DNA of 64,000 nt from an uncultured Pseudodesulfovibrio sp. (GCA_963662475.2 CAXXUE010000002.1:50486-114485); one strand, 5' to 3'; positions 46,201 through 59,761 are shown, counted from the first letter of the stretch. Numbers and translations are program-made. The notes: generated by a model not told the origin, from the sequence alone.

Positions 46201-46285
46201 CCTGTCCTTCTATCTCCTCAGGTATCGCGGATATCTCAGGGAACTAGGTAATATGAGGACGCACTACCGGCCGCAAGCCGAGTAG
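43265..46285 (+). CDS. ~1000-aa protein: degenerate PHP-like domain plus C-terminal multi-TM region
   Basis: DDRVHDANSKGRKS...GIQHLTVVYYD...GVTVRVGIEY aligns by eye to the PHP N-terminal pattern; hydrophobic C-terminal third; start placed at TTG 43265 after GGGAGA. Confidence 0.7.
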   Translation: MPPHSIYYDNNDYKLLEILNDLMNREVDRSRFKTILAPYLRPHGIKELAADPGLRIGYAIMHLLQSLKSEQSSDRIKALTTLRDETMAAARGSMRNNRARVLIQIGKELIRAGDDGRKQLELAHDFRLAAMGKVSFLRKQLKKYHLLEMPEEWNQITFDDRVHDANSKGRKSATHLIMDAWVKGIQHLTVVYYDFLEPAVARELFASARILGVTVRVGIEYRAEFRGRSIKIVWSPSGLQDNSDIDEFFQQEAVQELMQLGRMVQERRTSYVQAVTQQFNEVHLKSIHQEFGILLPPIDYSDVARVIGTGQPSIFHLGSHIHEIAMPLFIEHTALLREQYAAADYDTKAAIAMQLESLDSLDAETIVERYLIPKENPDIPDPDALLPGSDAPEHLRQSPAELTARLRQACPGSHLTLILSGLEIADMIEILYDCSGRITHFEVFNVKSLTELQVIQRKPFNRLQQAINEHNAVTLKRMIRNGIEEMQSDPRPDAAERSDRLKAILTDFHRLLEHYRRTPLRGTIGSGSTGRSTRSHGMGFAVAYTLPLRAQREIHSRARSNCIPVVGTVSASVEFIPPPRKPGFWGRIVQSASRLPGLRALLCATHHRWHVAEFRIENATCGNVVSLGGISREGNGLSLYEEQNTKNEQPSLGKLNSSLKNALKILLGFIPAFLTFYLTKEWWILAYLGGVIWFGITGLRNVIQSVLGGGGLRRSALLRWNDYIDWDRISDSLLYTGFSVPLLDWLCKSVVLDQGFGINTATNPLMLYTVMALTNGVYISSHNLIRGLPRKAAMGNFFRSVLSIPVAFAFNLAVGSFLQMSGAVDTAMTLQLWAAVISKLASDCVAGFIEGLADRSHNIAMRHWDYTEKIRQVFDLFSQLEIVFPNLNMLDQLNDPKAFIEHSRASNADHVSELMANALDLLYIRMYKPRAREALHLAMTKMTEDELDVFLASQQILAEEKEVALLFVNGLVGRNFSKALSFYLLRYRGYLRELGNMRTHYRPQAE

Positions 46286-46314
46286 TCCCTTTGGCAGACG
46301 ACATCTGACAGGAC

Positions 46315-47994
46315 TCAGGATTCCATCCCCGGCACCGTGATCGTAAACACGGTGCCCTGTCCCTTGTGACTGTCCACCGAAAGCTCTCCACCCAAAGAAT
46401 CAATGATGCTGTAACAAACGGAAAGCCCCATGCCCGTTCCCTGCCCCGGTGCCTTGGTCGTAAAGAAGGGAACAAATATCTTCTCCAAATTGTCCTCTGA
46501 CATGCCGCAACCATTGTCCTTCACCGTGACCACAGCGTTGCCGTTCTTGTCGCCACGGGCGGCTATGCCGATCTCTCCGCCACTGGCCCCGTGACGGTCA
46601 ACCACAGCGTAAATGGCGTTGTTCAACAAGTTGATCATGACCTGTTGCAATTGGCCGGGGTCCGCCTCAATAATGGGAACGGACGCATCCACATAGCACT
46701 GCATGTGGATGCCGTGCACGTTGGCCTTGTTCTCGACCATGGCCCCGACCTTGGGCAGGTAGGTCGAGAGGTCTATGGGCTGCAATTCCGGTGCATCCTG
46801 CCTTCCAAAACGCAATATTTCCCGCGTAATGACGGCACACCGGTCTATCTGAACCTTGAACTGCTCGGAGATATCCTTGATCTCTGCGTACTGCTCTTCG
46901 TGCCCGTCCTTTTCCATGAGGTCGTTGACGGTCATATCGAGCAGCGCCAGGTCGGTCTTCATGATCTGGAGGGGGTTGTTGATCTCGTGGGCAAACCCTG
47001 CGGACATCTCGCCCAATTCGGCCAGACGGGCCGCTTGCAACAACTGATTCTCAAGCTTGACCACGGCCGCAGCCTGTCGATCCAGTGTATCCACCACCCG
47101 TCGGCTGACGACCAATGCCAGCCCGAGAATGAGAACCCCGCCGCACGCCAGGATCACCAGGACCATGTATCCGGCCTCCGTGGTGGACCGAAAGGCCTCG
47201 TCTCGCTTCTGGCGGACAACGAGCCGCCACTTCCCGTCGTTCATCGAAGCGGATGCGTACAAAAATTCGTTGCCTTCTGCCCCGCCGCCCATGAATGACA
47301 TGACGCTGCCCTCCTGCCGGGGATATGAAGAACCGTCCGCTTCGAGCAAACCTCCACCCGAACGCCGTCGCGTTTGCAACACATTGTCAACATTGAGAAT
47401 ATACGCCTCACCCGAGTCGCCGATGCTGACCTTCTCGACAATCTGTCCGAACAGGCTCGAATTGACCGTTGCCCGCAAGACCCACGTCTGCCCTTCAAAC
47501 CGCCGGGCCACAGCGATCACGAAATGCGGAACGTTCCGGTATCCCAAGAAAACGTCACTGATGTAGTACCCCATTTTCAAAGTTTCCAAATACCAGGGAG
47601 CAGTCCGATAATCCTTGCCCGCCAGATCATACGGACCGATATAGGCTGACTGCCGTCCGGCCGGATCAATGACTCCCAAATCGCTGAACACGTTACCGGC
47701 CACCTGCCGCATCAGCGCGATTTCGCTCTGCGCGCCCTTTCCGGTCAGCATGTCCGGTGGAGTCATGACCAGGAACGATTCGAGATCACCCCTGCGTTCG
47801 TCAAGAAAGGCGGTTATCATTTTCTTGTGATCAACTGCAGTCTGCCGGATGGCACTGACAGCCAACCGCTCCGTAGTCTGGGAGAAGGAATAGAACCCTA
47901 TGGCCGCAGCCAGCAGCAAAGGGACTGCCGGGATAATGAGCATGGAGATAAACAGCAGCCTGTGAACACCGGAAAACAACATGTCTTTCTTCAT
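46315..47994 (-). CDS. Sensor histidine kinase with Cache-like domain (paralogue of 34107-35792)
   Basis: 2 [21 protein letters not shown] shared with the paralogue, [13 protein letters not shown]; start at ATG 47994. Confidence 0.92.
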   Translation of the reverse strand: MKKDMLFSGVHRLLFISMLIIPAVPLLLAAAIGFYSFSQTTERLAVSAIRQTAVDHKKMITAFLDERRGDLESFLVMTPPDMLTGKGAQSEIALMRQVAGNVFSDLGVIDPAGRQSAYIGPYDLAGKDYRTAPWYLETLKMGYYISDVFLGYRNVPHFVIAVARRFEGQTWVLRATVNSSLFGQIVEKVSIGDSGEAYILNVDNVLQTRRRSGGGLLEADGSSYPRQEGSVMSFMGGGAEGNEFLYASASMNDGKWRLVVRQKRDEAFRSTTEAGYMVLVILACGGVLILGLALVVSRRVVDTLDRQAAAVVKLENQLLQAARLAELGEMSAGFAHEINNPLQIMKTDLALLDMTVNDLMEKDGHEEQYAEIKDISEQFKVQIDRCAVITREILRFGRQDAPELQPIDLSTYLPKVGAMVENKANVHGIHMQCYVDASVPIIEADPGQLQQVMINLLNNAIYAVVDRHGASGGEIGIAARGDKNGNAVVTVKDNGCGMSEDNLEKIFVPFFTTKAPGQGTGMGLSVCYSIIDSLGGELSVDSHKGQGTVFTITVPGMES

Positions 47995-48106
47995 GTGAAG
48001 TCTGCCTGATTTTTTGCGAAATACTGCTACAAAATAATGACTTATTCCAAACACTTAAAAAATCACGCAAAGAGTGTCTTTTGCGCAAGTAAATCCACCC
48101 CGATTT

Positions 48107-48122
48107 AGCAATCATCGTGCCA
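48107..48122 (-). promoter_or_regulatory. sigma54 promoter for the kinase at 46315-47994
   Basis: Minus strand TGGCACGATGATTGCT, consensus -24/-12. Confidence 0.85.
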
Positions 48123-48223
48123 CAATAGCCATTGACAACAAGCAGAACTGAGCATAACCGGAATAAAAAAAGAGACAAGTTCTTTTTTCCGCAACACGGG
48201 CCACACCGCTCCGGAGGAACCCC

Positions 48224-50737
<2,514 letters not shown>

Positions 50738-50888
50738 TCCTTCGGGGTCATTTGACATCACCGTAACGCCCTTCTCCAATGCCGACTGTGTGCGCCTGCG
50801 CAGACAATCGGCTCCCCGGTCTTGACATTCCGTCACGAGAACGCACTTTATTGCGGCAAACATTTATCCATATTGCAGGGAGAACGGT

Positions 50889-51104
50889 ATGCCCATCTAT
50901 GAATACAAATGCAGTGAATGCGACACCTGCTTCGAGGAGCTGGTCTTTTCCCGGGATGAAACGCCCCCTTGCCCCCACTGCGGTTCAACGGTTGTGGAAA
51001 AACTCATGAGCGCCTGCGCGGTGCAGACCGACGGCCCCACGCCCAGCGGCCTGGACGCCATGCCCACGGCAGGCAGCGGCTGTGGCGGCTCAAGCGGCGG
51101 CTGA
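50889..51104 (+). CDS. FmdB-family zinc-ribbon protein
   Basis: MPIYEYKCSEC...CPHCGS. Confidence 0.9.
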   Translation: MPIYEYKCSECDTCFEELVFSRDETPPCPHCGSTVVEKLMSACAVQTDGPTPSGLDAMPTAGSGCGGSSGG

Positions 51105-51226
51105 GGCATTTAGACACCCGCCCCGGTTCGGGGCGGCACGATTCCGACCATGGGTTCGCCGGACACCTTCGTTTCCATATACTTGATCGCCATAAATTTG
51201 CGACTCACAGTCTCAAGAGAATGTAA

Positions 51227-51589
51227 TTGAAACATCTCGGCTGGCTCGTTGCCCTCGTCCTTTTCATGCCCCCCTGCCCACGCCGGGTAATTCACCGTCC
51301 TGTCCAATCAACTGCCGTCCAACACCGCATAGACGGGGACATCGATCGGCTCGCCTTTCCCAAATCATCCGCGTTCTACCTCCTCACCCCAAAAGGCATC
51401 CCCCTCACCGATTACGCTGTGGTTTTCGAGATGAAGCCGCTCGATCTATTCATTGGCTTCAACAAAAACACAAACAATGGCCTTATCAATGCACTGCAAA
51501 CGGCTCTTGATACCATGAAATTCCGGGGAAAGGACGAGGACAGCGTCTAGGAGTCCATCATCAGGGAATACATCCACCCGGTGCTCTGA
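51227..51589 (+). pseudogene. Decayed family-3 solute-binding protein gene
   Basis: Signal-like start joined to the SBP C-terminus (LFIGFNKNT...LQTALDTMK); central part missing; in-frame TAG at 51548 followed by ESIIREYIHPVL. Confidence 0.6.
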
Positions 51590-51677
51590 GTCCCCTTTCC
51601 CGCCGTTCCCTTTCGCGGGAAGAAATGATACGTGGAGCATTCAACCATCCACCCGCCTGTATGCGTGAGGGAAAACA

Positions 51678-52136
51678 ATGTCCGACAGATTACCCTGGCC
51701 CGAATATTTCATGCGCATCGCCCATCTGGTTTCCCAGCGATCCACCTGCACCCGCCGCGCCGTGGGTGCCATCGCCGTGCGCGGCAAACGCATCCTGGCC
51801 ACCGGATACAACGGCGTGCCCACCAACATCGCCCATTGCGAGGAAGTAGGCTGCATCCGCGACCAACTCGGCATTCCCTCCGGCGAACGCCACGAGCTGT
51901 GCCGAGGCCTTCACGCGGAGCAAAACGTCATCATCCAGGCCGCCACCCATAACCTGGATCTCAAGGGATGCGACATCTACTGCACCACCAAACCCTGCAT
52001 CCTGTGCACCAAAATGCTCATCAACTGCGAAGTACGGAACATCTATTATTCCGAAAACTACCCCGACGAACTCTCCGAACAGATGCTGGATGAAGCGGGA
52101 GTGAACTATGTGTACATGGAAGGCGACTACGCCTAA
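51678..52136 (+). CDS. Cytidine/deoxycytidylate deaminase family protein
   Basis: HAEQN and PCILC zinc motifs. Confidence 0.9.
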   Translation: MSDRLPWPEYFMRIAHLVSQRSTCTRRAVGAIAVRGKRILATGYNGVPTNIAHCEEVGCIRDQLGIPSGERHELCRGLHAEQNVIIQAATHNLDLKGCDIYCTTKPCILCTKMLINCEVRNIYYSENYPDELSEQMLDEAGVNYVYMEGDYA

Positions 52137-53244
52137 CCGCGAGGACTTCATGGCCCGCGCCGTGGAGCTGGCCTACCGGGGACGCGGCAGTACCGCGCCC
52201 AATCCCTGCGTGGGCGCCGTGCTTGTGCGCGAAGACGAAGTGGTGGCCGAGGGATGGCACCGGCAGTACGGCGGTCCGCACGCCGAGCGGGAATGCCTGG
52301 CCGATGCCGCCGCCAAAGGCATCAACCCACGCGGCATGACCATGTACGTCACCCTGGAGCCATGCAACCATACGGGCAAGACGCCGCCCTGTAGCGAGGC
52401 GCTGATCCAGGCCGGTGTGGCCGAGGTGGTCATAGGCACCCTGGACCCCAACCCCGTGGCTGCCGGAGGCGCACAGCGGCTCTCGGAAAACGGCATCACC
52501 GTATCCACCGGCGTGCTTGAGCGGGAATGTCTGGACCTGATCGCTGACTTTCGGCTGTGGCAGCACTCCCACTCCCCTTTCAACATCCTCAAGATGGCCA
52601 CGACCCTGGATGGCAAGATCGCTTCGCGCTCGCAAAAACCCGAGCCCGTGTCCTGCCCCGAGTCGTTCCGGCGGGTTCACGAATTGCGCTCCCGCGTGGG
52701 CGCAATCGTCATAGGGGGTGGCACTTTTTATGCCGACAATCCCAGCCTTACCTGCCGCCTGGAGAATCTGCCAAAAGACGTTGTCCAGCCCTTCGGCGTG
52801 ATAATCACCTCCCGCCTGCCGGAAAATCCCGAAGAATTCATCCTGCTCCGGGAAAGACCGGAACGCGCCGTTTTCATGACCACGGACGATTCAGCCCGCA
52901 GCGAGAGAGCGGATCGGCTTCGGGAACGTGGCACCAGTGTCTGGCCCCTGTCCGGCGGTCCGGGCTGCCTCAATCTCTCCCTCGGATTCGAGCGCATCCG
53001 GTACGATCTCGGGTGTCATTACACCCTCATCGAGGGCGGCGGGAATCTCGCCCTGCACTGCGCGGCCCAGGGAATCGCCGACGAAGTTATCCATTTCGTG
53101 GCCCCGCGCATCCTGGGCGACAACCTCGCCCCTGCCGCCTATTCGGGAAGGCAGGACGTGACCATGGACAAAACCCTGGACCTGCGCATCATCCGAATGG
53201 AACAGAGCGGGACGGACGTGATGCTCACCATGCGCCCGGTCTAG
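52108..53244 (+). CDS. ribD: Riboflavin biosynthesis deaminase/reductase
   Basis: [27 protein letters not shown]. Confidence 0.96.
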   Translation: MCTWKATTPNREDFMARAVELAYRGRGSTAPNPCVGAVLVREDEVVAEGWHRQYGGPHAERECLADAAAKGINPRGMTMYVTLEPCNHTGKTPPCSEALIQAGVAEVVIGTLDPNPVAAGGAQRLSENGITVSTGVLERECLDLIADFRLWQHSHSPFNILKMATTLDGKIASRSQKPEPVSCPESFRRVHELRSRVGAIVIGGGTFYADNPSLTCRLENLPKDVVQPFGVIITSRLPENPEEFILLRERPERAVFMTTDDSARSERADRLRERGTSVWPLSGGPGCLNLSLGFERIRYDLGCHYTLIEGGGNLALHCAAQGIADEVIHFVAPRILGDNLAPAAYSGRQDVTMDKTLDLRIIRMEQSGTDVMLTMRPV

Positions 53245-53298
53245 ACTATCCGGTTCCCTTGAATGTATGGACAACAACATCTCACTCGGGCTACCAAA

Positions 53299-54069
53299 AT
53301 GAATATGTCCGATATATCTCGCTATAGGCTGCTTCTCCCCCTACTGGTCGTGTGCCTCTTCTGGATGCTCTCACCAAGGCTCGCGTCCGCCCAATCTCTG
53401 GAAAATCTCACCTATCTGACAGAAGAATACTATCCGTTCAACTACACGGAATCCGATAAAATCAAAGGTTTTTCCGCAGATATACTCCGACTGGTATGGG
53501 ATCGGCTCGGAGTCCCTCGGCAAAAAATCGAGAGCATGCCGTGGGCCAGAGCATACGACCGCGTCCAGATCGAGCCCGCCACGGTCCTCTTCAGCATGGC
53601 ACGCACGCCGGAACGCGAGGCCATGTTCCGGTGGGCCGGCCCCATCCTGACCGTACGCTTCGTGCTCATTGCCAAAAAAGAAAAGCACATCACCATAACC
53701 GATCTCACCCAATTGGCAGGATTCTCGATCGGGACCATGCGTGAAGACATTTCCGATACCATCCTGGCCCCGTATGGCTCAAAAAATACCATCGAGGCCT
53801 TGGCCGACATGCGACAAAACGTCAAGAAGCTCAGGGAAGACCGGTTGGACATGATCGCCTACGAGGAAAAATCCTGGCCTCATATGCTCGCCAGAATCGG
53901 GCTCGATCCGAATGACTTTGAAACAATTCTCGTTCTGAAGGAAACACCGATCTACTATGCCTTTCACCGCAACACCCCGCTCGAAATGATCGCACGCTTC
54001 CAGCAGGCCCTCGACGCAATCAAGGACTCGGCCGCCTATGACAACCTCCTGAACAAATACTTGATGTGA
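53299..54069 (+). CDS. Family-3 (amino-acid type) solute-binding protein
   Basis: Signal peptide, TEEYYPFNY, MPWARA, YYAFHRNT. Confidence 0.88.
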   Translation: MNMSDISRYRLLLPLLVVCLFWMLSPRLASAQSLENLTYLTEEYYPFNYTESDKIKGFSADILRLVWDRLGVPRQKIESMPWARAYDRVQIEPATVLFSMARTPEREAMFRWAGPILTVRFVLIAKKEKHITITDLTQLAGFSIGTMREDISDTILAPYGSKNTIEALADMRQNVKKLREDRLDMIAYEEKSWPHMLARIGLDPNDFETILVLKETPIYYAFHRNTPLEMIARFQQALDAIKDSAAYDNLLNKYLM

Positions 54070-54105
54070 TCAAATTTTCCCCTCGGCAGGGACCAAATAT
54101 TTTTG

Positions 54106-54134
54106 TTGACAATATGAACTTGAGTTCATATTCA
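54106..54134 (+). promoter_or_regulatory. sigma70 promoter overlapped by a TetR-type operator
   Basis: TTGACA at 54106; perfect palindrome AATATGAACT-TG-AGTTCATATT (54111-54132). Confidence 0.75.
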
Positions 54135-54157
54135 TATTGAAACATTCAGGAGGTACC

Positions 54158-54727
54158 ATGAAATACCTGGACAGCAATCAGGGCGATCACGTCTTTGACT
54201 GGAACAAGCATCAAACCCTCGACAGCCCATTCAGGCGGTGGTTTCATCCCCCGGAAAAACTCCTGGGCGGATTCATCACGCCCGGCATGACCGTTGTCGA
54301 CACCGGTTGCGGCACCGGCTTTTATTCCCTTCCCATGGCCAGGATGGTCGGCCCGACAGGCCGCGTCATCGCCGTGGATGTCCAACCGGAGGCCTTGGTA
54401 ATGGTCGAGAAAAAAGCGGAGCAAGCCGGTCTGCATCCAATAATCGAGACATGGAAATGCGAAGCAGACGACCTGGGCGCACTCCCGGCTTGCGATTTTG
54501 CCATCGCATTTTTCATGGCCCACGAAGTGCCCGACATTGATGCCTACTTCAGCCGCATGAGCCAATGTCTGCGTCCCGGTTCGGCCTTGTTCCTTGTTGA
54601 GCCGTGGTTTCACGTCAAACGGGCAAATTTCGAGAAGGAACTCGTTGCCGCAGTCAGGGCCGGATTCTCCATGGAAAAAGCACCGACTGTCCGGTGCAGC
54701 CACTCGGCGATCCTCAGGAAGGGTTGA
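54158..54727 (+). CDS. Class I SAM-dependent methyltransferase
   Basis: VVDTGCGTG motif I, IAVDVQ; AGGAGG RBS. Confidence 0.9.
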   Translation: MKYLDSNQGDHVFDWNKHQTLDSPFRRWFHPPEKLLGGFITPGMTVVDTGCGTGFYSLPMARMVGPTGRVIAVDVQPEALVMVEKKAEQAGLHPIIETWKCEADDLGALPACDFAIAFFMAHEVPDIDAYFSRMSQCLRPGSALFLVEPWFHVKRANFEKELVAAVRAGFSMEKAPTVRCSHSAILRKG

Positions 54728-54762
54728 TGGAAATCCCGACTCCGGGTACTCTGGGAGATCAC

Positions 54763-55395
54763 ATGAGCACAGAAAAAACCACCAGAAATCCCCAACAGGC
54801 GCGTAGCATCGAGAAACGGCAACGCCTCATGGACGCAGCCATCTGCCTCTTCGACGAGAACGGGTTTGACGGGACCAACGCCAAGGCCATCGCCCGGCGG
54901 GCAGAGGTCTCCGTGGGCACTTTCTACGCCTATTTCAAGGACAAGAAGTCGCTCCTCCTGGAAATCCTCGGCGAACATATCGGTGAGGTTGACCGTACCA
55001 TATTCGGCAAACTCGAAACCGCTATCCGGGAACGGGCAACGGGTCGGGAAATTATGCGGTTGGTCGTGGAGGCGGGCCACGCCACCCATACCCAGCCGCC
55101 GGGGCTTTTGCGCATGATGCTCGCCATGCGCTACACTGACGACGACATACACCAATTCCAGAAAGCCGAAGAAAAGGCCCTTCTCAAACGATTGGCCGCT
55201 TTATTCGAAATGCTCAAGCCGCGCCTGCGCATCACCGACATGGAGGCCGCCGCCTTCGTGATGGCATCCGCCTTCGAGGAGGTCATGCATTCGGTCATCG
55301 TCTTTGAACAGGAGATCGAGCGGGAACGACTCTTTGCCGCCCTCGCCGACATGGGCGCGGCCTACCTTTTCACCGATCCCGACGCCAAGGGATGA
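54763..55395 (+). CDS. TetR/AcrR-family regulator
   Basis: IARRAEVSVGTFYAYFKDK HTH. Confidence 0.92.
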   Translation: MSTEKTTRNPQQARSIEKRQRLMDAAICLFDENGFDGTNAKAIARRAEVSVGTFYAYFKDKKSLLLEILGEHIGEVDRTIFGKLETAIRERATGREIMRLVVEAGHATHTQPPGLLRMMLAMRYTDDDIHQFQKAEEKALLKRLAALFEMLKPRLRITDMEAAAFVMASAFEEVMHSVIVFEQEIERERLFAALADMGAAYLFTDPDAKG

Positions 55396-55465
55396 TCAGT
55401 GCCGGATTTACACCCGCCCTGCTCCCTGCTACAACTCCCTTGCACCACTTGAAGGGAGGCTTGCC

Positions 55466-56122
55466 ATGTTCACCGGACTGATTTTGGGAATGGGCCGCAT
55501 TGAGGCGGCAGACAACCGGGGCGCGGAAACACGCTTTCGCATCCGCGCGCAGTTCGACCTCCCGGCCATTGAGCACGGCGAATCCATTGCAGTCAACGGC
55601 GCCTGCCTGACCGTGGAAACTTTCGGCGAAAATTGGTTCACGGTCTACGCCAGCCGGGAGACCCTGTCCGTCAGCAGCCTGGGCAGTCTGCGCGTGGGTT
55701 CCGAGGCCAATCTGGAACGCGCCCTGGCCATGGGCGACCGCTTCGGCGGGCATATCGTCTCCGGCCACGTCGATACATTGGCCGAAGTGACCGAGGTGCG
55801 CCCTGCCGGGGAATCGAAAATCTACAAACTGTCCTTCGACGCAGCCCACGGCATATATGTCATCCCCAAAGGCTCCATCACCCTGGACGGCATCAGCCTG
55901 ACGGTCAACGGATGCGGAGCCGACTGGCTGGAGGTGAACATCATCCCCGAGACGCAGAAGGCCACCACCATTTCCAGTTGGACTCCGGGCCGCAAGGTCA
56001 ACATGGAAACCGACATCATCGGGAAGTACGTGGAGCGCATGGTCGCGCCCTGGACCGCTGGCGGGACGGATGAGAAAAAATCCGGCATCACCATGGCCTA
56101 TCTGCGGGAACACGGATTCTGA
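55466..56122 (+). CDS. ribE: Riboflavin synthase (alpha chain)
   Basis: MFTG start, NGACLT, GGHIVSGH, DGISLT. Confidence 0.96.
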   Translation: MFTGLILGMGRIEAADNRGAETRFRIRAQFDLPAIEHGESIAVNGACLTVETFGENWFTVYASRETLSVSSLGSLRVGSEANLERALAMGDRFGGHIVSGHVDTLAEVTEVRPAGESKIYKLSFDAAHGIYVIPKGSITLDGISLTVNGCGADWLEVNIIPETQKATTISSWTPGRKVNMETDIIGKYVERMVAPWTAGGTDEKKSGITMAYLREHGF

Positions 56123-56212
56123 GCCCCTGCCGTGCGTCCGCCGTTGTCACGACATTTCATTTGTTATAAATAAAGAAACGACGCGCTCTTTCTTTTATCT
56201 TTCGGAGGACAC

Positions 56213-56530
56213 ATGGGCTTCATTGCATTGCTTCTTTGCATCATCTGGTTCGTCGGCATGTGGCGGGTGTTCGAAAAGGCGGGGGAACCCGGCTGGGCCG
56301 CACTCATTCCCTTTTACAACCTCTGGGTGATGGTCCGCATGGGCGGCAAGCCCTGGTGGTGGTTTTTCATGTTCCTCATTCCACTGGTCAACCTGGTTTT
56401 CCTGCTCCTGCTCAGTCTTGCGATGGCGAAAAAATTCGACCAACCCGTTATTTTCGGAATTGCCCTGTTCCTGTTCCCGTTCATTTTCTACATGATAATC
56501 GGGTTCAGCGACATGCGGTACCGGCGGTAG
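56213..56530 (+). CDS. DUF5684-like small membrane protein
   Basis: WRVFEKAGEPGWAALIPFYN. Confidence 0.8.
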   Translation: MGFIALLLCIIWFVGMWRVFEKAGEPGWAALIPFYNLWVMVRMGGKPWWWFFMFLIPLVNLVFLLLLSLAMAKKFDQPVIFGIALFLFPFIFYMIIGFSDMRYRR

Positions 56531-56579
56531 GAAGCGGAGTCTCTCTTCAAGGGAAAAAAGGCCGTCCGTTACCGGGTGG

Positions 56580-56735
56580 CCTCAGATTGACAACGAACCC
56601 CAATCTGGCAGGCTGTTGAAAAAGGTTCGAGTGCAAGGCGCAAAAAAAGATCAGGGCCGACGCGTACTTTTTGTACGCTAGGAACTGATCTTTTTGCAGC
56701 AACGCAGCAATCGGGCCGGTGTCAACAGCCTGAGG
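56580..56735. mobile_element. 156-bp MITE, copy 2
   Basis: Same ends and internal hairpin as 7403-7558; flanked by a 22-bp near-direct repeat (56560-56581, 56734-56755; 20/22 identical). Confidence 0.85.
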
Positions 56736-56780
56736 CCATCCGTTACCGGGCGGCCTTCTGTTTTTCTTCAATCGACGAAT

Positions 56781-59279
56781 TTAGTTGGCAACAATATTCA
56801 CCAGCTTGTTCGGGATCACGATCACTTTCCTGATCGTCGTGCCCTCGATGAACTTGACCACGTTCTCAAGTCCCAGGGCGATCTTCTCGACCTCGTCCTT
56901 GGGGGCGTTGTTCGGAGCCTGGAACTTGCTGCGCACCTTGCCGTTGACCTGGACCACCAGGGTCACCTCGTCCTTGACCAGGGCGGATTCGTCAAAGGCG
57001 GGCCAGGACTGGGTAGCCAGGCTCTCGGCATGCCCCATGGCCTGCCACAACTCCTCGCAGACATGCGGAGCAACGGGCGAAAGCAGGGTGATGGCCGTTG
57101 CCATGGCCGAAGACAAGGCTTCGGACTCGCTGCCGAGCTGGTCCTTGAGACCGTACATCTCGTTGACCAATTCCATGATGGCCGCGATGGCCGTGTTGAA
57201 CTGGAACTCGTTCTCGATGTCGCGGGTCACGCGGCGGATGGTGTCGTGCTCCTTGAAGCGCAACAGCTTGGCCGCATCGGACGCCGGGTCGGTAAAGGAC
57301 GCCGGGTGCACCGACGAAATGGTCGGCTCCAATTCCTCCATCAGCCGCCACAGGCGGGAGAGAAAGCGGAATGCGCCCTCAAGGCCCTGATCCGACCACT
57401 CCAGTTCCTTGACCGGCGGCGAGGCGAAAAGAATGAACAACCGAGTGGCGTCTGCGCCGTACTCGTTGATCATGGCATTGGGATCGACCACGTTGCCTTT
57501 GGACTTGGACATCTTGCCGCCGTCCTTGAGCACCATGCCCTGCGTGAGCAGATTGGCAAACGGCTCGTCCGCCCGGATGAAGCCGGTGTCCCGCAGTGCC
57601 TTGGTGAAGAACCGGGAATAGAGCAGATGCAAAATGGCGTGTTCGATGCCGCCGATGTACTGATCCACATTCATCCAGTAATCGGTGGCCTCCATGCTGA
57701 AAGGCTCGCTGTCGTTGCGCGGGTCGCAATAGCGCATGTAGTACCAGGAAGACTCGAAAAAGGTGTCAAAGGTGTCTGTCTCGCGACGGGCGGGCATGTT
57801 GCAGCGCGGGCACTGACAATTGACGAACTCTTCCATCCCCGGCAGGGGCGATTTACCGTCCTTGCGAACCTGGGCATTCTCGGGCAGCAGTACCGGGAGC
57901 TGATCCTCGGGCACAGGCACCACACCACATTTTTCGCAGTAGATGACCGGAATGGGCGCACCCCAGAACCGCTGACGCGAGACATTCCAGTCCCGCAGCC
58001 GGTAGTTGACCGCCATCTTGCCCAGCCCGGACTTGTCCAGATGCTCGACAATGGCCTTCTTGGCGGGTTCGTTCTCCATGCCGTTGAAATCATCGGAATT
58101 GACCAGGATACCGGGTTCCGTATAGGCGGCTTCCATGGTCGCTTCGTCCAGGATCTCGCTCTTGGCATGCAGTTCGGGCGGGTTGATGACCGTCTTGAGC
58201 CGCAGGCCATACTTGCGGGCGAACTCGAAATCGCGCTGGTCGTGGGCGGGCACGGCCATGACCGCGCCGGTGCCGTATCCCATGAGCACGAAGTTCGCCA
58301 CATAGATGGGAATGTCCTCGCCGGTGACCGGGTTGACGCAGTACTTGCCGGTGAAAATGCCCTCTTTTTCCAGGTCGTCGGCCCCGCGCTTGATGCGGTC
58401 CATATTGCGGATATTGGTGATGAACGCCTCGACCTCATCCTTGTTGTCCACGTCCGCAATAAGCCGCTCCACCATGGGATGCTCGGCAGCCACGGACATG
58501 AAGGTCGCCCCGAAAAGGGTGTCGGGCCGAGTCGTGAAAACCGAGATAGTCTCGTCCATATCCTTGACCTGAAAGGTCAGTTCCGCACCGTAGGACTTGC
58601 CTATCCAGTTGCGCTGCATGGTCAGCACGCGCTCGGGCCAGCCGCCCCCGAGGGAGTCGAGTTCGGCCAGCAATTCGTCGGCGTAATCGGTGATGCGCAG
58701 GAACCACTGCTCCATGTCCCGTTGCTCCACCTCGGATTCGCAACGCCAGCACAGCCCCTCTTCCACCTGCTCGTTGGCGAGCACGGTGTTACAGCTCGGA
58801 CACCAGTTCTGCGGGGAATCCTTGCGGTAGGCCAATCCCTTTTCCAGGAACTTGAGGAAAAATTTCTGCTCCCACTTGTAGTATTCGGGACGGCAGGACG
58901 CCAACTCGCGCCGCCAGTCGTAGGAGTAGCCCAATCGCTGGAGCTGCTCGCGCATCTCGCTGATATTCTGGTAGGTCCACTTGGCCGGATGGGTCTCGTT
59001 CTTGATGGCCGCGTTCTCGGCAGGCAGGCCGAAGGCGTCCCAGCCCATGGGATGGAGCACGTTGAACCCCTGCATGGACTTGAACCGCGCCACCACATCA
59101 CCGATGGAGTAGTTGCGCACGTGTCCCATGTGAATCTTGCCCGAAGGATAGGGAAACATTTCGAGCACGTAATATTTGGGCTTGTTGTGGTCGACTTCGA
59201 CCTCGAAGCAACCGGAATCCTTCCAGACCTGCTGCCATTTTTTTTCGATTTTTTCCGGATCGTACTTACCTATGGCCAT
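56781..59279 (-). CDS. leuS: Leucine--tRNA ligase
   Basis: [22 protein letters not shown]. Confidence 0.98.
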   Translation of the reverse strand: MAIGKYDPEKIEKKWQQVWKDSGCFEVEVDHNKPKYYVLEMFPYPSGKIHMGHVRNYSIGDVVARFKSMQGFNVLHPMGWDAFGLPAENAAIKNETHPAKWTYQNISEMREQLQRLGYSYDWRRELASCRPEYYKWEQKFFLKFLEKGLAYRKDSPQNWCPSCNTVLANEQVEEGLCWRCESEVEQRDMEQWFLRITDYADELLAELDSLGGGWPERVLTMQRNWIGKSYGAELTFQVKDMDETISVFTTRPDTLFGATFMSVAAEHPMVERLIADVDNKDEVEAFITNIRNMDRIKRGADDLEKEGIFTGKYCVNPVTGEDIPIYVANFVLMGYGTGAVMAVPAHDQRDFEFARKYGLRLKTVINPPELHAKSEILDEATMEAAYTEPGILVNSDDFNGMENEPAKKAIVEHLDKSGLGKMAVNYRLRDWNVSRQRFWGAPIPVIYCEKCGVVPVPEDQLPVLLPENAQVRKDGKSPLPGMEEFVNCQCPRCNMPARRETDTFDTFFESSWYYMRYCDPRNDSEPFSMEATDYWMNVDQYIGGIEHAILHLLYSRFFTKALRDTGFIRADEPFANLLTQGMVLKDGGKMSKSKGNVVDPNAMINEYGADATRLFILFASPPVKELEWSDQGLEGAFRFLSRLWRLMEELEPTISSVHPASFTDPASDAAKLLRFKEHDTIRRVTRDIENEFQFNTAIAAIMELVNEMYGLKDQLGSESEALSSAMATAITLLSPVAPHVCEELWQAMGHAESLATQSWPAFDESALVKDEVTLVVQVNGKVRSKFQAPNNAPKDEVEKIALGLENVVKFIEGTTIRKVIVIPNKLVNIVAN

Positions 59280-59314
59280 GATCTTCTTCCTTATGGGAAT
59301 TGTGCGCGATCGCG

Positions 59315-59761
59315 CTATTTCTTCATATTCTTGGCCGCGCCGTCGAGGATGCCGTTGACAAAGGATCGGGACTTGTCGTCGCCGAATATCTTGGACAACT
59401 CAAGGGCCTCGTTGATGGCGACCCGCACCGGAATGTCGGTGAACAGCATCTCGTACAGTGACAGACGCAGAATGGTCAGCTCCACTACGGCGATGCGCTC
59501 AATCTTCCAGTGCTGGGAGTGGGCCTCAATAGTCCGGTTCAGGACTTCGAGATTCGCCCCGACGCCGATCACGAGATCGTGGGCGAAATCACGCGCAGTC
59601 TCGGATTCCTGCTCCATGATGACCGGATTGATGGCGAACTGCGTCTCGATAGCGGCGGGTTTTTTCTTGTCGGCAAAGCACGTGCCGAAGAGCACCTGAA
59701 AGGCCAAAGTACGGCCCACCCTGCGAATGCCGGGCTTGTTGCCCTTTTTTTTGCCTGCCAT
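59315..59761 (-). CDS. nusB: Transcription antitermination factor NusB
   Basis: [26 protein letters not shown]. Confidence 0.95.
   Translation of the reverse strand: MAGKKKGNKPGIRRVGRTLAFQVLFGTCFADKKKPAAIETQFAINPVIMEQESETARDFAHDLVIGVGANLEVLNRTIEAHSQHWKIERIAVVELTILRLSLYEMLFTDIPVRVAINEALELSKIFGDDKSRSFVNGILDGAAKNMKK

Noticed and set aside
56694-59699. Very long antisense ORFs (1001 aa here; also 26501..29212, 18972..20846, 7912..9162)
   Set aside because: Shadow frames opposite well-supported genes, as expected in high-GC coding DNA
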